In this document: in pieces, positions 26,128 through 36,120 of the stretch
How positions within the stretch are numbered: the first letter of the stretch is position 1
Layout: the number at the start of each line of letters is the position of its first letter
Assembly (NCBI GenBank): GCA_043228905.1
Contig: JBHGNT010000011.1
Coordinates: 8,990,001-9,054,000, forward strand
Reading direction: 5' to 3'
Length of the DNA: 64,000 nt
DNA from: Azolla caroliniana
Lineage: Eukaryota > Plantae > Polypodiophyta
Notes under the pieces: model-generated
What the model was told of the DNA's origin: nothing
Databases searched by the model: none
Seen by the model: the letters and a program-made list of their open reading frames with translations, nothing else
Program-made: the position numbers and the translations under genes

Positions 26128-26897
26128 GTGCTAGAAGACTGCGAGCGCATTGGTTAGACCTGACGTGGACTACGCGGGTTATTCTCCGGCCACAACCAAC
26201 GCGTAGATCACTTGATGACAATCAAAACACAGACGAAATGGGAATGGAGGTAAGTACACAAAACAGAAAGAGAATACACAGGATATTAACGTGGAAAACC
26301 CTGAGAGGGAAAAACCACGGAAGTCCACAGACTCCAAACTATCACTCTGTAAAGTAATACAATAGGGAGCACAGAGGCAACGACCTCTTGCTCACAATCT
26401 TCGCCTAGCGGCGGTTACAACAAAGACACAATCTTTGTATATCGCTCTCTCTCTCTCTCTTACGCACTGTACAAAAGTTACACCAATAACTCTATCATCA
26501 TAACTATTAAGTTTGCCCTAGGTCATATTTATACTAATATGACTTTCGGGCTATTTACAAATATAACCCCAGTGGGCTCTCTGGAACATATTTACATATA
26601 TGTCCCTTCCATCCAATGAGAGGTTCTCACCGGGCCTGCAACATCCGGTTCTCATCGGGTCTTCCGTTGCCGGGTACTCCACATCCGGTTCTCACCGGGT
26701 CTTCTGTTGCCGGGTACTCGACATCCGGATTCGGCCTCGGCCGAGTTCCTCATCAACACGGTGTCGGGGTAGTTGTGGTTCGTGCGGCGAAGTCGCGGGG
26801 ACTAAGGTTAAGGGGAGTTGAAAAAACTTAAGTTTTAATAAGGCTTGTATGGTGATGATAGAATGGTTAAGGATAGTAAGACGAAGAATTACGAGTA

Positions 26898-26964
<67 letters not shown>

Positions 26965-27134
26965 GAGCATAGATAAAAGATAGAGACAATGTATGATTCA
27001 AGAAAGAAGATTGAGACAAAGTATGATTCTAGAAACAAGAGTATATGATATAATCATGATGATGTATATTTAAAAATATAATATTTTACCAACTTTACAA
27101 TCCCTGATCGTAAGATGAATCTTTTCAATACCGA

Positions 27135-27641
27135 CCCTTGATTTGAACCCACGACCTCAACTCCAAAACGAGAGGTTCTCCACCCAATGAGCTAGTCTTC
27201 TCTACTTGATTGTCTTATTTTCTCACTCTCTCTTGATTCCTCCCTTGTTTTCCCTTTCCCCTCTTTATATAAGTGTTGCCATGCATATGGTAATGTATTG
27301 GAGCATGGCATGCATGCAATGCATGAGTTACATGTAATTCATGATCGCCATTTGGCGCACATGCATTGCATGTGATGAATGATGGCTATGTATGAAAATA
27401 GATATGGGATAAGTATAATGATGAAAATGCATTCTAAAATAACTAACCTAGCTTAGTGGTGTATGCTTGGTGCTTGGTATACAAGGTTGAGGGTTCAAGT
27501 ACCTCAAATTTACTTAATACAATATGTAGCTTCATTCTTATATCATGAAGCACATTTATTACACACTTTTATAAATAAATAGCCTAGCCTAGTGGTATGT
27601 ACATTGTACATCGTATATAAGGATGTGGGTTCAAGTCTCTC
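27135..27641. other. Three tRNA-like (Pol III A-box/B-box) modules in the LTR of H: ~27135-27195 (-), 27449-27505 (+), 27585-27641 (+); repeated in the other LTR (~34390-34895)
   Basis: TAGCTTAGTGG, TAGCCTAGTGG and TAGCTCATTGG are each followed 44-46 nt later by GTTCAA(G/A)T. Perfect T-arm GAGGG-TTCAAGT-CCCTC at 34742-34758. No complete cloverleaf. Confidence 0.65.
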
Positions 27642-28547
27642 GAATATTATTAAACACAACATTTAAGCTCATTTTTATATCGTGAAGCACATTCTTCACG
27701 ACACCCACCCCCTCTGAACTTGCACATTGGTTGTGCAGAGTTCATCCAACACTTCTTCCGATTCTTTTAGTTCTTCTACTTCTTCATAAAATTCAGGCTC
27801 TAATGACTCCCTCCTTTTAAATATTTTAATCCTTTTTCCTGCAACTGGGATACGAATTTCTGTCCCATCTAATTCATTGAGGAAATATGTGCCTTTATCT
27901 GTTATTTTCCTAACTTCATAAGGTCCAAACCATCTTTTTGCAAACTTCTGAATAGTACTATATTGATTATCTAGGCTATTATCATATACTAATACCCAAT
28001 CTCCCTCTTGCACCTTCCTTGGTCGTATTCTTTTCATCTTGTCAAATCTGTCCTTATTCTTGATTCTTGCCTCTTTCAATCTAGTAGCTGTCGTATTCGA
28101 ACCGCAAGTAAATCTTCCCTACTCATTTCCGATTCCCAAGGCAACACAACCCATGTAGTTATCTTTTCTTCAATTGGCATTATTGGCTTCTGTCCTGTGA
28201 TTAATTCTGCAGGCATATATCTAGTAACAGTGCTGTGAGTTGTCCTATCAGCCCATAATGCATAGGGTAAGGTTTTTGGCCAATCACTGACCCCTCCTCT
28301 ACATGCCTTTGCCAAAGCTTTGACTATTGGCCCATGTCCTCTTTCTACCTTTCCATTAGCTTCTGGATTGTACGCCGTTGTCAAAGAAAGCCGAAGTCCT
28401 ATTTTGTCGAAAATATCTTGAGCTTCCGCAGAATTGAGTTCTCCCCTATCTGTCATTATCTTCCCGATACATCCATATCTACAAACAATCTCCTCCAAGA
28501 TGAATTGACATACTCCTAATGTCCCTTTTGTTCGCAATGAACGACCT

Positions 28548-28777
28548 TCCACTTGATTTGTTAGATCTTCTCTAGCAAGAACCAAATATCTCTTTTGTCC
28601 TACTCCAAGTGGCATTGTTACCAAATCTATCATCCACTTGTAATGCACCCCCGGTGAGTATGTCCACTTGATTTGTTAGATCTTCTCTAGCAAGAACCAA
28701 ATATCTCTTTTGTCCTACTCCAAGTGGCATTGTTACCAAATCTATCATCCACTTGTAATGCACCCCCGGTGAGTATG
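28548..28777. repeat. 115-bp tandem duplication in the integrase of H (causes a frameshift)
   Basis: 28548-28662 is repeated at 28663-28777; the peptide HYKWMIDLVTMPLGVGQKRYLVLAREDLTNQV appears in two ORFs. Confidence 0.92.
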
Positions 28778-29441
28778 TTGGGTGTAATTCATCACAAAAT
28801 TTTACATTTGAATAATATTGACAAGTGGGACAAGTTTCCACATACTTTTTTATTTGCTCATAGTATCGAGGCCACCAAAATCGTTCTTTAATCTTACTGA
28901 AAGTGGCCCACACTCCTCGATGACCAACCCATTCTTTGTCATGTAGCTCTCTGATTATCTCCTTTCTTTGCCCTTCAGAACCTATTACTCTTTGCGGGTT
29001 TCCAGTCTTGGTTTTCGGATGTCGCCATAGATATCCTTCATGTAGGAAAAACTTATGGGCTTTCTTGCGAAACTGTGCGAACTCTTTTCCAGATCGACCT
29101 TTGTACTTGTCAGGGGTTTGTAGGTATTTCCCTATTTCCTTGAATTCTTCTTCATAGTCCTCTTCTAGAAATTGCATTCCTCCTTCCCGGGTAATGCTTG
29201 TGGTAAGGACTGTTTGTTCTTTGTCCTCATCGTCCGAGTCTGGAATCTCCTCTTCCTCATACCTTGCTCTTGATAGCATATCTGCTACTGCATTTCTATT
29301 CCCAGAGATATGTCGAACTTCAGGGTTGACTGATCTAATATAGATACACCATCTTAACATGGCTTGATCTGGAATATCACAATTAGCTATGATACCAAGA
29401 ATAGGCAAACAATCTGTTTCTATTATTACTTCAGCACCAAT

Positions 29442-30051
29442 TGTTGGGATTACGGTCCCTCCGGATGGGATGGTCGGATGTCCGGGAATCGGATGATGAA
29501 GACCCCGGCTACGGAGCCGGATGATGAAGACCCCGGCTGCGGAGCCGGATGACGAATGTACCCGGAGTGAGATCCGGATGCGGGGACATATTTGTGAATA
29601 TGTTTGCCAAGGGCCCTTGTGGCTATATTTGTAAATAGCCCGAAAGTCATATGTGTATAAATATGACTTAGGGCAAACTGTTTAGGGTTGCTGTTTTGTA
29701 TGTTGTTGCCTATTGTGTATTGCCACTCTTATGTGTGCAAGAGTGAAGAGAGCAGCCGAGAGAGAGAGAGAGAGTGAGAGAGAGACGAAGAGGTCGTTGC
29801 CTCTGTGTATTACCGCCGCCTGTGGCGAAGACAGTGAGCTCAAGGTTGTTGCCTTGTAGCTTCACCATTGTACATCTCTGTTTATAGTGATAGTTGGAGT
29901 TTGAGGACTCCCGTGGTTTTTTCCCATTTAGGGTTTTTCCACGTAAAACATCCTGTGTACTCTTCTCTCTATTGTCTTCGTGCATTTTCTATTTCCTGTT
30001 TTCTGTGAGTTGATCCTATTCCTCGGTGGTGGCCGAGCACCGTGTACAACA
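29442..30051 (+). mobile_element. Solo LTR (element D-related Copia family) inserted in the RNase H of H
   Basis: TGTTGGG...CAACA with perfect TSD CCAAT (29437-29441 and 30052-30056). Shares the GTAAATAGCCCGAAAGTCATA..TATAAATATGACTTAGGGCAAAC core with the D LTR. Confidence 0.92.
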
Positions 30052-31793
30052 CCAATTAAGTAATCTCTGTCTGTCTTTACTGCTGTTACTATCCCCCATA
30101 GCTCTCTTTCCACCTGTGCATATTTTCTTTGTCGACCACTAAGAACCTTTGCTCCGAATCGAACTGGATACCTTTCTTCCCCATCTTGTTGGCTTATCAC
30201 CCACCCAATTCCAATGGGACTAGAGTCTACTGTGAGATATATGGGTCGGCTGTAGTCAGGTTGCTTTAATGGTGGAGCTTGTGCTAAGTAGTACTTCAAT
30301 TTCTTCATTGCCTCTGAATGCTCTTCACTCCATTCAAATATCTCTCCTTTTCTTAGGAGTCTATATAAAGGTTCAGATAAATGGGCATAATGCGGAATCC
30401 ATTTACAGTAAAAAACACATACCCCTAGAAACCTTCGTACTTCTAAGACGGATGTACATTCCTGTTGCATATTTTGAATTGCATTGACCTTGGTTGGGGA
30501 TGGCTTTCTCCCGTATGGGCCACACATATGACCAACTATTAATATGTCTTTTGCCCCAAATATTGACTTCACCCCTGATAAGGTCAAATGCACTTCTTCC
30601 ATCCTTGATAGCACCTTCTCACAATCCTTGATATGATCGGCAACAAATTGACGGCAACCACTTTCATCCAATTCCTCGTTCTTCTCTTCCTCTTTGCATC
30701 CCTTAATTGGAACATCATCTAGAAAAGGCATTGTAATATGAGGAATAAAATCACGAAGTACCTTGTTCATTCCATTCATCATATGCGCCACTGAGTCGGT
30801 CACTCCTTGTGGCAAGGTGCACATCCGTACTAACCCTATAGGTGTCTTGATAGAAGTTATATCTCGACTTTTGATAGCAAGTTGAAATTGATCATACCCG
30901 GAATAAAGGTCTCCCATTGAATATATTGCTCTTCCTGCAAACATCTCAGCAAACTCATCCACAATTGGCCCTACTCCCAAGTTTTGGATTGTTACCTTAT
31001 TCACGGGTTGCATATCTTGGATAAATCGGAATCGCCCATCTTTCTTTAACACAGTGAACCATCGACTCGAGTAAGGAGCGTTCGATGGTTCCAAGATACC
31101 CATCCTTTTCTTTTCTTTCAAAAGTTCTAGTAGTTGAGGGATTCTAGCCCTAGGCATGTGTATTGGCTTAAAGTTCCATGGAATATGAGGGATAGTGAAT
31201 ATAACCATGGGCTCCACAATTTCTGGATCCACACACCCTATTTCCTCTGGTTGGAATGCGAACGCCTTTCCATGCCTTTTTAACATCTCCCTGAACTGCT
31301 TTTCTTCAGTAGGTAATAGGAAGTCACCCCCTCCTATTTTCATCCCTTGTATTGTTTCCAGAGTAAACACATGTCCTACCTTTCATGGGTCTCTGATCAT
31401 TGGCTCTGTGGCAGCTTCTTTGATTGCCTTTTCACTATCCCCTGGAAGTGGAGCAGCAATAGGACGAACCTTCTTCTCCACTGTCTTGTATTTTGTTAGT
31501 ACATGTGCTTCATGATCCTTTCGAGCAACTTCTTCAATGACCTCATACATCTTGATTGAATGGACAGGAACTTGGATTTCGTTGTCTTCTTCCATTGCTT
31601 CCAAATGAGTTATTGTATCTTCAAAACTTAATTCTTCAAACATATCTTGAATTTCTTCATCATCCTCTATTAATCCAGAACACTTAAAGTACTCGAAAGC
31701 ATTTTGTATTTTATTATTATTTACTTTTAGTATAAAAGTAGCACCATTAGATGAGATTGTACAAGGAATATCTTTATTTACATTATTATTTAT

Positions 31794-31856
31794 GGGGTTT
31801 TCTTTTATGTTCGGGCTATTACAACCCCTACCTGTAAAAGCCCTATCTAAAAATCC
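31794..31856 (-). promoter_or_regulatory. Putative -1 frameshift cassette G GAT TTT (TAG) + 6-nt spacer + H-type pseudoknot, between protease and RT of H
   Basis: Heptamer 31850-31856 is in phase with the gag-PR frame and a stop follows immediately. Stem 1: 31843-31833 with 31823-31813. Loop GGGGT is complementary to ACCCC at 31798-31794. The -1 frame is open into pol. Confidence 0.8.
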
Positions 31857-33961
31857 TGGGGAAACTCTTCATCCATCTCTTGAATTGGATGTTCCCTCAA
31901 GCATTCTTTGTTTCTTTCATGGTTGGGCCTCACGATTAAGAATTGGACAGTCTTTCTTCCATCTTGACTCTTGATTCTCGTGAAAGCCGAACCATCATCA
32001 ATAACCTTTGTTTCCATCCTCACTGCAGTGATGTAGGGCTAACCAAGGATGATGGGGTAGGTTGATTGATCCTGCACAAAGAAATTTTGATTCACCGACA
32101 CATCACCAATTGTTACCGTCACACTAGGACATGCTCCAAATAGATCCTCCGTAGTCTCTGTGACAACTCTTATTTTCCACCCATGATTCTTGTCGATCGG
32201 CCACCGTCCTCGAGCGTAAAATTCCGATGACATCATGTTAATCTCGGATCCATGATCAATCAAAGCAATACATGGAATTTGCTACTCCCCAATTTTTGCA
32301 GGTGCCTCCGTTGTTGCTCGAGCCCAATGGTCCCTTGTATAGTGACTCCTATCCCCTTCATGGACACCAACATCATTCTGGTTTTTTACACTTGCAGCAT
32401 TGATGGTGCCACCATACAAATCTTGGAGTGTTGTTGCACACCCTCCCGTAATTTCCTCCGTCACCGGTCTCTTCCTTCTAATAATATCTATGATAACTTC
32501 ATGAAATTCTTTCTTTGCTATACCCAACACTTCTCTTAAAGTAAATTCTACCTTACTATTTAGTATTCTTGTTTCTAGTACCTTTTTTATATCCGTCGTT
32601 GTTTCTATGTCTGAGGCAAGGTTGAAAGATGGGCCTGTCTTTCCTTTTACTTTATCAGCTTCCTTCGGCTCAGTAGCACCCTTTTCCATCTCCCTTCTCT
32701 TCTGTTCTCGTGTCTCATGTCTCTTTGTCGGATCAGCTTCCTCAGCTCTCTCCCGCTTCTCTTCCACTAGCACATCTTGTGCATTCACTTGGGCGAATGT
32801 TGATAGCGCGTCTACTGGATCATTCCATCCAGTGAAGTTTCGTATTTCATCTCCCGCTCTTTTTAATTCATCCACTCGAACCTTCCCTTTTCTTGCATAA
32901 TCCATCACATCTTGCCAAAAGCCAGATCCACCATATGAGTCTTCTACGCGCAATCCTAAGGTTGCCACGGATTGTATCGCTTGAGTCGTTTCTCTCTCGG
33001 CATCTTCCATTAGCTTTTTCATTCCTCCTCGCCCAAAGTTGAGTTGAAGTGGTTGTCGAGTCTCTGTCGAGTGAATCTTGCCCTCTTGATAGTAGATTTT
33101 ATTATGATTAAGAGCATCCCTATGCTCTTGACAATCTTTCTTTTGGTGATCGATACTATCACACCACATACACCTTCGCACCATTCCACCTCCCTGCCTT
33201 GATGAAGTCGAGCTTTGTCCCGATTCTAGCTTCGTCACTTTGATCGACAAGTCTTTCATGCCTTTCACCAATTCGTGTAAGAGTGATTCTTCTACTTTCT
33301 TTTCTCCCGACTCATTCCTCGTTTCTTCATCATTTCTGTCGGGCAACTCCATAAACCATAACTTTCTTTTGCAGAAATGGGTGCACGTCCTTTTCACCTC
33401 CTCCCAATCTTCGGTAAGTCCACTTGGACTATTCTGATCTTCTAAAAGCATTCCCAAGTCCTTCCTGTCTTTAATATTAGTAGCTTGTACAAACAATGTT
33501 ACTTTATCTGGCACTATTATATTTCTATCTCTAACATTTAGTTGCTCAAATCTTTCAGAAAACTCTTTTAATAGTTCCAAAACACTTAAATGTTTATTAG
33601 ACTCTACCCAATCCATGAAAGCTCGCCTTGTCATCCTTGACATATCGTTGAGGTTGTATTCATTTAGCAGTGCTCTTTCGAAAGTCGCCCATGTTTGATG
33701 TTCCCTCTGTAGCTCCTGGATCCTTTCTTGTAGCCCAATTGCAACGACTCGATTAAAGCTATTAATTTTTGCAGCTTCGTCGACACCGCGTTTAAGCATT
33801 TCTTCATTATAAATATTTAGAAATCTTGTTAAATTTATACCTTCGAAGATTCCTACTCGTGCGAGAATATTGTTGATGGCTTTGTCGATGCTTGCCATCA
33901 TCCCTTGTTCCCGCATCACTCGTTCCATCATCGTACACATAAGCCTCATTTGCTCCTCCAT
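31847..33961 (-). pseudogene. gag-protease reading frame of element H (two internal TAG stops)
   Basis: ORFs 32282..33961 and 32039..32263 and the tail to 31847 are all in one frame. Confidence 0.85.
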
Positions 33962-33978
33962 TTCTCCTCGTCGCCGCC

Positions 33979-33996
33979 TTCACGTCGGGTTCACCA
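33979..33996 (-). promoter_or_regulatory. Primer-binding site complementary to the 3' end of tRNA-Trp (element H)
   Basis: Plus strand TTCACGTCGGGTTCACCA equals the 3' 18 nt of plant cytosolic tRNA-Trp including CCA, as recalled; 4 nt from the 5' LTR. Confidence 0.8.
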
Positions 33997-34136
33997 AATG
34001 TGTCAGGGTAGTTGTGGTTCCTGCGGCGAAGTCGCGGGGACTAAGGTTAAGGGGAGTTGAAAAAACTTAAGTTTTAATAAGGCTTGTATGGTGATGATAG
34101 AATGGTTAAGGATAGTAAGACGAAGAATTACGAGTA

Positions 34137-34217
<81 letters not shown>

Positions 34218-35811
34218 GAGCATAGATAAAAGATAGAGACAATGTATGATTCAAGAAAGAAGATTGAGACAAAGTATGATTCTAGAAACAAGAGTATATG
34301 ATATAATCATGATGATGTATATTTAAAAATATAATATTTTACCAACTTTACAATCCCTGATCGTAAGATGAATCTTTTCAATACCGACCCTTGATTTGAA
34401 CCCACGACCTCAACTCCAAAACGAGAGGTTCTCCACCCAATGAGCTAGTCTTCTCTACTTGATTGTCTTATTTTCTCACTCTCTCTTGATTCCTCCCTTG
34501 TTTTCCCTTTCCCCTCTTTATATAAGTGTTGCCATGCATATGGTAATGTATTGGAGCATGGCATGCATGCAATGCATGAGTTACATGTAATTCATGATCG
34601 CCATTTGGCGCACATGCATTGCATGTGATGAATGATGGCTATGTATGAAAATAGATATGGGATAAGTATAATGATGAAAATGCATTCTAAAATAACTAAC
34701 CTAGCTTAGTGGTGTATGCTTGATGCTTGGTATACAAGGTTGAGGGTTCAAGTCCCTCAATTTTACTTAATACAATATATAGCTTCATTCTTATATCATG
34801 AAGCACATTTATTACACACTTTTACAAATAAATAGCCTAGCCTAGTGGTATGTACATTGTACATCGTATATAAGGATGTGGGGTTCAAGTCTCTCGAATA
34901 TTATTAAACACAACATTTAAGCTCATTTTTATATCGTGAAGCACATTCTTCACGACAACGGTTCTTCTCACTTCCCATCCGGAGGGACTTGTTTCCTAAC
35001 AAGTCCGAACAACATAACGGTATACTCCAAATGCCCATACCGCGTGCGAAAGGACAAAGAAGATGGGTGCACTGGCCGGAGATTTCGAATGACGAATAAA
35101 CCCGCTTGCCAAGTTCTCCTCTTTGTAGGCTCGAAGGACTTCTAACTCGGTTGGTGGCAAGTTGTAAATTGGTCCCCATGGTGGCTCTGTTCCTGGTTGT
35201 AAATCAATGGGACAATTGTAGGGATGATGATGAGGAAGAGTACCGGCTTTTACCTTGTCAAATACATCGGCATAAGGATGATATTTCGCCGAAAGTTGCA
35301 CTAAGGATTCCTTCTTAATATTGTTGGAAGGATGTACTGATATTGCAAATAGAAACATTGCCTCCTTGTGTCCTTCGCGTAATTGATGGAGTGAAATGGT
35401 CGAAACTCGATGAGTAGATTCTTGGGATTGTCGATACCGGACTTCTCTTGTTCTCCAATCTATGTATGGATTATGTAATTCAAACCAAGGTAATCCCAGG
35501 ACAATGGGATGCTCTGGACTACTAATTATATTAAATGATACCACACACACAAAACTACCTAGGACAACATGAATGGGTTATGACTCTTCTACAATATTCC
35601 CGGAAGCAATGGGACGACCATCAATGACTACTACAGAGTCTAGACATGGGAGTTTTCGTAGGGATATCTGATGAGCTTGGGAAAAATTTCGATCCATGAA
35701 ACAGGAATTGGCTCCAGAATCTAAAAGTGTTAGGACGTGTACTGGAGGAGTACTTTTAGTACTAACCATGACTTGCGCTAAGAACACATTGCTAACTTGC
35801 TTGGAGGGAAT

Positions 35812-35889
35812 GGAACCACTAATGGCTTGTACAGATCTAGGGATGTCCAACCAAACGGCTCCTATTTTGGCTGGACTCAGTCGTTTAAC
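35812..35889 (-). promoter_or_regulatory. Putative -1 frameshift cassette G TTA AAC + 6-nt spacer + 11-bp stem (possible pseudoknot), gag to protease of F
   Basis: Gag frame reads ..EEE LN D stop; the -1 frame reads KRLSPAKIGAVWLDIPRSVQ into protease ORF 35578..35850. Stem GTCCAGCCAAA/TTTGGTTGGAC. Confidence 0.78.
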
Positions 35890-36120
35890 TCTTCTTCTAA
35901 TTGACTAAGGATTTCAAATTTGTTTGAGATACTTGGGCTATTACTACTATTAATACTATCAGACACTCCTAAGGGAGGAATTGATTCGGGTTTAGTATAG
36001 GCTACGATTTGATTTACCTGTCTTCTTAGCCTATGGGGACAATTGATTGCGATATGCCCTAGTCCACCGCAATAAAGACATAATCGATTTGCATGTCGTC
36101 GTTGCTTTTCTTCTTCCGAT

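Larger units (their letters stand above)
27696..31856 (-). pseudogene. pol (RT-RNase H-integrase) of element H, entered by -1 frameshift; disrupted by a stop, a solo LTR and a 115-bp duplication
   Basis: ORFs 31383..31643, 29928..31370, 28572..29408, 28076..28648 and 27696..28079. Confidence 0.88.
26762..34957 (-). mobile_element. Gypsy element H (non-chromovirus, possibly Phygy/Selgy-like), full length: 3' LTR 26762-27703, 5' LTR 34001-34957, PPT from 27704
   Basis: Two highly similar ~950-bp TGTC...GACA LTRs and a 4-bp TSD ACGG. Gag (559 aa, CMWCDSIDHQKKDC), protease IDHGSEIN, RT PFLDDVPIKG, RNase H VDSSPIGIG, integrase with a GPY-like tail; no chromodomain. Confidence 0.93.
26161..35001 (-). 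mobile_element. Solo LTR related to the element D family (segments 26161-26761 and 34958-35001), split by Gypsy H
   Basis: Minus strand starts TGTTAGGAAACAAGTCCCTCCGGATGGGAAGTGAGAAG, like the D LTR. Near-TSD AGACC (26156-26160) / AGTCC (35002-35006) lies inside the F RT motif FGL-TNA. Confidence 0.85.

Noticed and set aside
26898-26963. (GT)n(GA)n tract
   Set aside because: Simple microsatellite carried in both LTRs of H; similar tracts occur in most LTRs here.
27449-27641. Possible genuine tRNA genes
   Set aside because: A and B boxes and a T-arm are present, but there is no convincing acceptor stem or anticodon arm; reported only as tRNA-like modules.
32276-32284. TAG CAA ATT between gag and protease of H as a stop-readthrough signal
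   Set aside because: Does not fit the UAG-CAR-YYA context fully, and the element has other point stops; cannot be told from decay without a consensus.
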